A DNA stretch of 64,000 nucleotides from an uncultured Mesonia sp. (GTDB lineage: Bacteria; Bacteroidota; Bacteroidia; Flavobacteriales; Flavobacteriaceae), in contig CATQIB010000010.1 of NCBI GenBank assembly GCA_958296185.1, positions 17,863 through 81,862 of the forward strand, written 5' to 3'. Under the pieces are notes generated by a model, which was not told the origin of the DNA, searched no databases, and saw nothing but the letters and a program-made list of their open reading frames with translations. Below, piece after piece: positions 56,553-63,108 of this stretch. Positions within the stretch are counted from its first letter, which is position 1, and the number at the start of each line of letters is the position of its first letter. The position numbers were made by a program, and so were the translations under genes.

Positions 56553-57438
56553 TTAATCTTTTATTTTTTTAAGAAAATAAAGATCAGTCATAATTTCAAA
56601 GAAAAGCTCATTGGTAATAAGGGTGTCACTTGTAATTTTAAATTCATATTTGCCTAATTCTTTTGTTGGAAGGTGTTTTTTCAAAGAATCTTGATTAATA
56701 AAAGAATTAATCTCTACAGCCTTACAAATATAGCTTGTTTCGTTAACCTTAGCGTAGGGATAATCTGAATTAAAAAGTGATTTTTCACGTTATTTTACCG
56801 AGGTATTATTTTTATACTCTCTCTCTTTTACATCTTGATTCGTAAAGGAAACATCATCTATAGTAGCATTTATATTGTTTAATATGTGAAACAAAATAGC
56901 TAGAATAATAGAGTAGTTAATGGTAAACCAACAAAACAAAAAACCTGAAGCTAATAAATAAATTCTCCCAATTCAAAATGTCATCAGCAATATGAAGAAA
57001 TGCAAATAAAAGGCTATTGATTAAGGCGAAGACTGCGATTGAATAATTAGCAGAACATTTTGCTTTAAAATTAGGTAATAAATATATCGACAGCATTAAA
57101 AAGAAGAATAACCACGTGAACCAATCATAGGGACTTTCGTTAAATAGGATAACCATTAGAAGTAAAAAGCATAGAAAACCAATTGCTTTAAAATACTTGT
57201 TTTTGATCAATGTCCCGCGATTTGCTAGCTATTCGAATATAGGTATAAAAAGAACGTAGGCGAAAAATAATATCCAAGTGTCTAGGTTTAATCTTATAAT
57301 ATCAACATCATAAAGGTAGCTTTTACCCAGATTAGGCCATATTGCCTTTTTTATAAAAAACTGACAGAGAAGTATTCCTGCCAGAAGCAATAACCAAATT
57401 CATTTTTTGCTTCTAAAGTAATTTGTTATAAAACGCAT
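56553..57438 (-). pseudogene. decayed membrane-protein gene (in-frame TGA, TAG and TAA plus one +1 frameshift); includes the 97-aa ORF 56917-57210
   Basis: One reading frame runs from the ATG at 57436-57438 through TGA (57400-57402) and TAG (57229-57231) into the 97-aa ORF. After its stop, the +1 frame stays open for about 59 codons, meets TAA (56790-56792), and continues for another 78 codons to TAA (56553-56555). The region is very AT-rich. Confidence 0.4.
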
Positions 57439-57512
57439 ATAAAGAATCTTTATTTAACAGCAAATAAATCAACCTTATAAAATCTAAAACAGTAAACTAA
57501 ACTGCTCTTGCC

Positions 57513-58235
57513 TTACATTTTCAAATAAAAATCTTGCACTAGCTTTTTATAGGCTTGGGTGTACTGATGCCTTTTGGTCTCTATAATCAACTCGTCTTTT
57601 TCTAGCGTTTGCACGGATGAAAACCCAAACTGCAGCAAACAGCGTTTTATGGGAGTGTTTTTATTGCCTTTTACAAAAGTTACCTTTTGTAGATGCAGTT
57701 GTTCTGCTTCCGCGAAAGCGAGGAAAGCCTCATAATGTTTAAACGGAATAATGCTGCAAAAAATACCCTTTTCTGAAAGTAACTGGGAAGTGTGCCTTAA
57801 TAATTCTTGAAAAGGAAGGGCATCTGTAAAACGGGCTTGGTTGCGAAAGGTATTGGTTGATTTGTAGTCTTCTTCATAAAACGGCGGATTACTCACAATC
57901 AAATCATAAGTATCGTCTATTTCGGCTGCAAATTCATCTAAGCTAGCGTGATAACAAAAAAGTCGGTCGTTCCAATGGCTGGCTTCAAAATTATCGACAC
58001 ATTGCTCATAAGCATTTGCTTCGATTTCAATGGCGTCTATGATTTCTGCATTGCTTCGTTGTGCTAGCATCAAAGCGATAACGCCGGTGCCCGCCCCAAT
58101 ATCGAGTATAGAAAAAGGGTTTTGGGAAATGCTTGCCCAAGCCCCCAGCAATACGCCATCTGTGCCAATTTTCATAGCACAGCGATCTTGCGCGACACTA
58201 AATTCTTTAAATATAAATGCTTTTTCGGGGTTCAT
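57513..58235 (-). CDS. tRNA1(Val) (adenine37-N6)-methyltransferase (YfiC/TrmN6-like)
   Basis: 240 aa. DRCAMKIGTDGVLLGAW, SAM motif ILDIGAGTGVIALMLAQR, and catalytic VSNPPFY. Confidence 0.85.
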   Translation of the reverse strand: MNPEKAFIFKEFSVAQDRCAMKIGTDGVLLGAWASISQNPFSILDIGAGTGVIALMLAQRSNAEIIDAIEIEANAYEQCVDNFEASHWNDRLFCYHASLDEFAAEIDDTYDLIVSNPPFYEEDYKSTNTFRNQARFTDALPFQELLRHTSQLLSEKGIFCSIIPFKHYEAFLAFAEAEQLHLQKVTFVKGNKNTPIKRCLLQFGFSSVQTLEKDELIIETKRHQYTQAYKKLVQDFYLKM

Positions 58236-58274
58236 ACGCTTTGCGGTTAAGATTATAAATCCGCTTTAAGCGAA

Positions 58275-58799
58275 TTACAAATACAAATCTAATAAACCAG
58301 GAGGAGTTTCTAAATGTATTTTTTTATTGACCTTGTCTACCTGCTTCAAGAAATGATCGTGAATAGGAACTAAGATTTCTTTATCTTGAAATGAGATTTC
58401 GAACAGGGCTTGAGCGGTGGTATCATTTACACCCGTAATCTTACCTATAGGCCCCAATTGATTGTCGATTACCTCAAAACCAATGATTTCATGATAGTAA
58501 AACTGGTCGTCTTTTAATTCGGGTAAAAAGCTTAGGGGTAGGTAAACTTCTTTTTTTAGCAAGGCATCGGCATCTTCCTCGTTATTCACGTCTTCTAACT
58601 TAAGGCGTAGCAGCTGACTTTTTTGTAGGGAAGATTTTTCAATAAAAAATGGAATCAATCGCTTGTGTTTTTCTACAAGGATTGATTCCATTTCAAGGAA
58701 ACTTTCGGGATCATCGGTATCTAGTTTAACCAGTACCTCTCCCTTAAAACTAAATTTACTTACGATTTTGCCTACATAAAAACAATCTTCTTTACGCAT
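58275..58799 (-). CDS. rimM: ribosome maturation factor RimM
   Basis: 174 aa. GKIVSKFSFKGEVLVK (N-terminal barrel) and a PRC-barrel-like C-terminus. Lies directly downstream of rpsP. Confidence 0.9.
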   Translation of the reverse strand: MRKEDCFYVGKIVSKFSFKGEVLVKLDTDDPESFLEMESILVEKHKRLIPFFIEKSSLQKSQLLRLKLEDVNNEEDADALLKKEVYLPLSFLPELKDDQFYYHEIIGFEVIDNQLGPIGKITGVNDTTAQALFEISFQDKEILVPIHDHFLKQVDKVNKKIHLETPPGLLDLYL

Positions 58800-58816
58800 A
58801 CCGTAAGCAAGTAAAA

Positions 58817-59359
58817 TTAATCTTCTTTAGTCTCTTCTGTTTCTTCGCTAGCTTCTTCGGCCTGAGCTTCTGCTTCGGCAGCCTTTGCAGCAGCTTCTGC
58901 TTCATCTGCAGCGGCTTTTGCTTCTGCTTCGCGCTTCTCATTTACCTCTTTTTCTGCTGCAAGCGCTTGGGCTTTAGCTTCTTGGTCGGCTTTTGAGATA
59001 GAATCTTTTTTGGCATCGATACGGTTTGCTTTATCTTCTAACCAAGCGTTGAATTTCTTCTCTGCTTCTTCTTCGGTTAAAGCACCTTTACGAACACCTA
59101 CCATTAAATGGTTTTTTAATAAAGCACCTTTGTAAGAAAGAATGTTTCTTGCTGTGCTTGTGGGTTGAGCTCCGTTTTGAAGCCACTCTACAGCTTTGTC
59201 TACGTTTAATTCGATAGTAGCCGGATTAGAAACCGGGTTGTAAATACCAATTTTTTCTAAGTATTTACCATCTCTTTTAGCACGTGCATCTGCTGCAACG
59301 ATCCAGTAAAAAGGTTTACCTTTTTTACCGTGTCTTTGTAATCTTATTTTTACTGACAT
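58817..59359 (-). CDS. rpsP: 30S ribosomal protein S16 with long Ala/Glu/Lys-rich C-terminal extension
   Basis: MSVKIRLQRHGKKGKPFYWIVAADARAKRDG is a canonical S16 N-terminus. Residues ~95-180 are a low-complexity extension. A TATCTTTG -7 box lies 46 nt upstream. Confidence 0.93.
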   Translation of the reverse strand: MSVKIRLQRHGKKGKPFYWIVAADARAKRDGKYLEKIGIYNPVSNPATIELNVDKAVEWLQNGAQPTSTARNILSYKGALLKNHLMVGVRKGALTEEEAEKKFNAWLEDKANRIDAKKDSISKADQEAKAQALAAEKEVNEKREAEAKAAADEAEAAAKAAEAEAQAEEASEETEETKED

Positions 59360-59405
59360 AAAAATTAAATTTTGAGGTTCTCGACCTCGATTATTAATAA
59401 TTTGG

Positions 59406-59413
59406 CAAAGATA
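59406..59413 (-). promoter_or_regulatory. -7 box TATCTTTG (rpsP-rimM operon)
   Basis: Plus strand reads caaagata. Lies 46 nt upstream of the ATG at 59359. Confidence 0.5.
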
Positions 59414-59459
59414 CGAGATATTTTTTTTCTGCGATTAATTTAGTTCTTAATTTTTATTA

Positions 59460-59467
59460 TAAATTTG
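59460..59467 (+). promoter_or_regulatory. -7 box TAAATTTG (lipoprotein gene)
   Basis: Exact match 26 nt upstream of the ATG at 59494. Confidence 0.5.
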
Positions 59468-59493
59468 CAGGTGTACCCAATAACTTTAAACTT

Positions 59494-60165
59494 ATGAAAA
59501 AATTTTTCTTACTTTATTTAATGGCTTTGTTTTTAGTGAGCTGTGGCGATGATGTAGAGTCTAATGCTCCCTCTATTCAAGGAGAATTAGAAGGTGTCTT
59601 TTTTAGAACCTCTACTTCTTATGCTGATGTAGCTACCGATAATTCACTGCAAATTGTGGGGAACACAGCCGATGAAACCATTACTTTAAACACAGAAAAT
59701 TTTAAAGTTGGTAATTACTTGATTACACCAGAGGGTAGAAATTCAGCTAGCTTTATGACTTTTGACGGAGAGTTCTTTACCACCTCTGAAGCTAACGGTG
59801 AGGGAATGATTAGTATTACGCGAAGCGAAAATGGTAGTGTTTCAGGTGAGTTTTACTTCAATGCCATATCTGAAATAGATGGAGATACGCTAAACTTTTC
59901 TAAAGGTTATTTCTTTGAGGTTCCTTTTACTAGTGTAGGAGGAGGCGAAGAGCCAGGTCCAGAACCTAGCGTTACCTGCGAAGAAGCGCAAACTACATCA
60001 AACCAATCTAGAGTATTATTTGAAAATACCAACCCTAATAACCCAAATTACTCCGCCATTTGCCAGCAGTATGCGGTGGCTTTAGAGCAAGAAAAAGCAG
60101 CTTGTGGGGATGAAGATGGTAGTATTCAAGATAAAATAGATGCGCTTCCTTGTTCGGCTCAGTAG
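59494..60165 (+). CDS. lipoprotein of unknown function (beta-rich domain plus Cys-containing C-terminal tail)
   Basis: 223 aa with lipobox LFLVSCGDD. The C-terminal ~65 aa carry 4 Cys. A TAAATTTG -7 box lies 26 nt upstream, and a terminator hairpin follows the gene. Confidence 0.7.
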   Translation: MKKFFLLYLMALFLVSCGDDVESNAPSIQGELEGVFFRTSTSYADVATDNSLQIVGNTADETITLNTENFKVGNYLITPEGRNSASFMTFDGEFFTTSEANGEGMISITRSENGSVSGEFYFNAISEIDGDTLNFSKGYFFEVPFTSVGGGEEPGPEPSVTCEEAQTTSNQSRVLFENTNPNNPNYSAICQQYAVALEQEKAACGDEDGSIQDKIDALPCSAQ

Positions 60166-60191
60166 AATATTGCTTAATTATTAAAAGTTAT

Positions 60192-60216
60192 AAAACCTCC
60201 ACTTGGGGGTTTTTTT
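60192..60216 (+). terminator. intrinsic terminator after the lipoprotein gene
   Basis: Stem aaaacctcc / gggggtttt (one G-U pair), loop actt, then a T-run. Confidence 0.7.
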
Positions 60217-60330
60217 GTGTTTTTTTGAAACCTAAATTAGCTGCTATTGGACTAAAAAATTATATTGAAGGAAGAAAACTCCGCTGTCAATCTGATTAAT
60301 GATAAAGTAACAAGAGTGTTTTGAATCATG

Positions 60331-60356
60331 AAAAAAGCTCCCGTAAAGGGAGCTTT
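60331..60356 (-). terminator. minus-strand intrinsic terminator in the 60.2-60.6 kb intergenic region
   Basis: 9-bp stem aaagctccc / gggagcttt with loop gtaaa. A6 at 60331-60336 gives T6 after the hairpin on the minus strand only. Confidence 0.65.
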
Positions 60357-60490
60357 GCAGTGTTTAAAAGCGCGCCCCCACGCTAGATAAACACGAAGTC
60401 TATTGTAAAACACTAAAATTTTATTTTAAGCTTTGTAGAAAATATTTCAGCAAGCTAAAAAAAAATAGGTGCCTGTAAAACTTTCTCGGG
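60331..60490 (-). ncRNA. candidate small RNA, or long 3' UTR of the TPR-LuxR gene
   Basis: A minus-strand TAAATTTG -7 box (60498-60505) is followed by about 140-160 nt with no ATG. The unit ends at the minus-strand terminator at 60331-60356. Confidence 0.2.
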
Positions 60491-60497
60491 CTTTGTC

Positions 60498-60513
60498 CAA
60501 ATTTATAAATTTG
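60498..60513. promoter_or_regulatory. 16-bp perfect palindrome CAAATTTATAAATTTG that places TAAATTTG -7 boxes on both strands
   Basis: Read directly from the sequence. Located in the 444-bp intergenic region between the lipoprotein gene and the 3' end of the TPR-LuxR gene. Confidence 0.35.
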
Positions 60514-60609
60514 TTTGGAAGCAAGCATTTTAAAGACATAGACAAATAATAGACAACTATGTTTTTTTTGTAAGTTGCTTGTTGTGAGCTGAATAAGTGT
60601 CTATTTTTG

Positions 60610-62454
60610 TTATAAGTCTAAGATAAAACGAGTAAAATCAACATCTTTTTCAAGGTTGAATTTCTTTTTCAAACGGTATTTTCTTGTAATTACACTCTGA
60701 GGTGTGATGCTTAGGGTCTTAGCGATTTCTTTATTAGATAGGTTGATACGAATTAAGGCACAAAAGTCAATTTGAGAGCTAGTGATAGCAGGATAATGCG
60801 CTTTTAATTGTTGGATGAAATCAGGGTTTAGGGCGATAAACTTATCTTTAATGATAGCCCAATAATCTTCGGCTTTATCTGTATTTCCTAAATGGGTTAA
60901 CAGCTGCTGTTGTGTTTCTTTATCTAATCTATAGATGGCTTTAGAGTATTTTTGTTGTACCTGATTAAACTTGGCGGTCAAAGCTAGAATTTCGGATTTT
61001 TGAATCGCTAGAGTTTCTTCAGCTTTGTTTTTCTCTGTTTTTACTGCCTGTAAATCCTTGTTTAATTTTTTGGCTTTGGTGGCGGCATGGCTTAAGGCGG
61101 CCCTTGCTTTTTTCTGTCCGATTTTATATCTATAAAAATAATATGCGCTGCCCAATAGGAGCAAAGTTCCCAATCCTAGTAATAGATAAATGCGGTAGGT
61201 AGACGAGGCTAGGTCTTTTTCGAGGATTTTTTTCTCTTGTAGTTTATCTTGAAAAGTTAAACTTTCATAAAAATGCTGTTTTGCCAATTCTTCGTTTCGA
61301 TCGTTTAACGAATCCTGAAGACTTAAAGTGCGTAAAAGCAATTTATCGTAGGTCTCTTTGTTGCTTCTGAGATAGTCTTTTGCTTGGATATAAAATTTGA
61401 TCCTTGATTTAAGACCAAATTGCTGTTGCGGATTGTTTTTTTCGTAATCTAAAATCCATAGAGCAAATTCCGTAGCTTCTTCCTTTAAGTTTTCTGACTC
61501 GAGTAAACTCATGTATCTACGTGCAACATGGTAAAGGCGTTCATTGATAGGATTCCACTCCTTGTTGAAAATTGAACGATAAATGCCAAGAGCACGCTCC
61601 GAATCGCCTAAATAGGTATAATATTTAGCTCTTAATTCTTGGTAGTAGTCTAAAATATTAGAGTGGCCAAATTCTACTATTTTTGGATGACTAAGGCTCA
61701 ATAAAGAATCGGCTAAGGCGAGCTGGCCCGTTTCCAGGTAAGAGTGACTCAAATTGAGGCTTCCTAAATAATAGGTGTCGAGTAGTTCGTTGGCTTTTAA
61801 ACGAGGGAGAGTAGCTTTAAATTCGGCAATAGCTAAATCTTGCATGTTTAATCGCCGATACAAATTGGCTAAATTATGGTATTCAATAGGCACTTGCCTG
61901 AAGTTAAGCTCGTTTTCTTCAATGGTGGTAATTACTTTCTTTTGAAAGTTTAAAGCGGTTTTGTAATCTTCTAAGCGGGCGTATGTGACAGATTTAACGG
62001 CTTTAAGCAGAGAAACAGATTTAAAGTCTTTTCGGTTTTTTGCTGTTTTGGTAGCCTTGTCTGCTAGTTCTAAGGCTTCAGCATACTGCCCGTTATGATT
62101 GTACATAACGGCTAAGTTATTTAGCATTTTTGGATACCGAGCCGAATTCGAGTCAATATAAACAAGGTTTTGTTTAAAATGATAGATTGATGAGTCTAAT
62201 TCACTTTTTATGGAATAATATGAGCCCTTTAAAAGATGATTAGAGGCGCGCAAGCTATCTGGCCAAAAGCGTTCACCTACAAGTTGTAGGCTGTCTAAGA
62301 TGGGTTTGACTTCATCGGGTTGAGAAAAAAGCTTTTGAAATTGGGATAATTGATATTGGTGTATCCGCTGAGCTTCATCATGGCTTAGATTTTGAGCATG
62401 AGAAGACAGGCTAAAGACGAATGAAATTAGGATAGCGAGGTAGTGGGGCTTCAT
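60610..62454 (-). CDS. membrane-anchored one-component regulator: signal peptide, TPR-rich extracytoplasmic domain, TM, coiled coil, LuxR/GerE-type HTH
   Basis: About 614 aa from MKPHYLAILISFVFSLSSHAQ. TPR-like repeats. TM IYLLLGLGTLLLLGSAYYFY. C-terminal LSNKEIAKTLSITPQSVITRKYRLKKKF. A TACTTTTG -7 box covers the ORF-track GTG start. Confidence 0.8.
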   Translation of the reverse strand: MKPHYLAILISFVFSLSSHAQNLSHDEAQRIHQYQLSQFQKLFSQPDEVKPILDSLQLVGERFWPDSLRASNHLLKGSYYSIKSELDSSIYHFKQNLVYIDSNSARYPKMLNNLAVMYNHNGQYAEALELADKATKTAKNRKDFKSVSLLKAVKSVTYARLEDYKTALNFQKKVITTIEENELNFRQVPIEYHNLANLYRRLNMQDLAIAEFKATLPRLKANELLDTYYLGSLNLSHSYLETGQLALADSLLSLSHPKIVEFGHSNILDYYQELRAKYYTYLGDSERALGIYRSIFNKEWNPINERLYHVARRYMSLLESENLKEEATEFALWILDYEKNNPQQQFGLKSRIKFYIQAKDYLRSNKETYDKLLLRTLSLQDSLNDRNEELAKQHFYESLTFQDKLQEKKILEKDLASSTYRIYLLLGLGTLLLLGSAYYFYRYKIGQKKARAALSHAATKAKKLNKDLQAVKTEKNKAEETLAIQKSEILALTAKFNQVQQKYSKAIYRLDKETQQQLLTHLGNTDKAEDYWAIIKDKFIALNPDFIQQLKAHYPAITSSQIDFCALIRINLSNKEIAKTLSITPQSVITRKYRLKKKFNLEKDVDFTRFILDL

Positions 62455-62468
62455 AGTTTTAAATACCA

Positions 62469-62476
62469 CAAAAGTA
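62469..62476 (-). promoter_or_regulatory. -7 box TACTTTTG (TPR-LuxR regulator gene)
   Basis: Plus strand reads caaaagta. Lies 14 nt upstream of the ATG at 62454. Confidence 0.45.
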
Positions 62477-62689
62477 AAAAATATCCGATTAATGATGCAT
62501 TTTAAGTTTATTATTTTGGAATTTTTACAATATTGGTGCTTTTGTTAGGATGAATGTGAACTTTTTTTAGACCTATCTATGACTAAGAATTTGTTCTTGA
62601 TTTAGCTTTAGAGCTCAATTAAGAGGAGTAAGAAGAACTGAATTCTTCCTGTATAGACTCGAAAAATTATTTGCTTAAAAACTCAAAAA

Positions 62690-62727
62690 CCCAGAAAATG
62701 GTCTTGATCCCAGAAAATGGTCTTAAT
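62690..62727. repeat. tandem direct repeat, 2 x 19 bp (cccagaaaatggtcttgat / cccagaaaatggtcttaat)
   Basis: Read directly from the sequence. There is one mismatch, and the repeat is followed by cc, the first bases of a third unit. Confidence 0.9.
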
Positions 62728-62858
62728 CCATCCAAAATATTTGATCATACTTAAATTAAAAAAAGCCTCTCCTTAAAAGAAAGGAAAAGCTCTTCATTGG
62801 TTTAACTACTTAAACCGAGATGCCAAACAATCGCTTGACATACACAACACAACTTCGC

Positions 62859-62892
62859 AAAAAAAAGCCTCAATGAAAATTGAAGCTTTTTT
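62859..62892 (-). terminator. intrinsic terminator 6 nt downstream of tRNA-Asp
   Basis: Stem aaagcctcaat / attgaagcttt (one mismatch), loop gaaa. A8 on the plus strand gives T8 on the minus strand. Confidence 0.7.
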
Positions 62893-62897
62893 TATTG

Positions 62898-62971
62898 CGG
62901 TCTGGACGAGACTCGAACTCGCGACCCCCTGCGTGACAGGCAGGTATTCTAACCAACTGAACTACCAGACC
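62898..62971 (-). tRNA. tRNA-Asp (anticodon GTC)
   Basis: 74 nt fold by hand into a cloverleaf. Acceptor GGTCTGG/CCAGACC, anticodon stem CCTGC/GCAGG with loop CTGTCAC, T-arm GCGAG-TTCGAGT-CTCGT, discriminator G. CCA is not encoded. Confidence 0.93.
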
Positions 62972-63108
62972 GTAACTCATTTTTTAGACTTTGTCTTGTC
63001 TGTATTGCGCTTCTTCAAAGCTTCAGCGCAATTGCGAGTGCAAATATAAGTGCTTTTATCGTTCGTGCAAAAAAAAATAGGACTTTTTTTGTATTTTTTT
63101 AATTAAAA

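Noticed and set aside
57400-57402. The in-frame TGA (and the later TAG and TAA) in the 56.5-57.4 kb frame could reflect stop-codon reassignment or programmed recoding.
   Set aside because: TGA is used as a genuine stop elsewhere in the window, for example at 36010-36012 in an ATGA gene overlap. All three stop types interrupt the same frame, and there is also a frameshift. Gene decay is the simpler explanation.
60328-60387. A 19-codon ORF (MKKAPVKGALQCLKARPHAR) in the intergenic region.
   Set aside because: It is formed largely by the terminator hairpin sequence and has no promoter or other support. It is probably fortuitous.
62472-63108. tRNA-Asp as the attachment site of a genomic island covering the TPR-LuxR, lipoprotein and decayed-gene region.
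   Set aside because: There is no integrase, excisionase or transposase gene. I could find no direct repeat of the tRNA 3' end by eye. The flanking genes are typical chromosomal genes.
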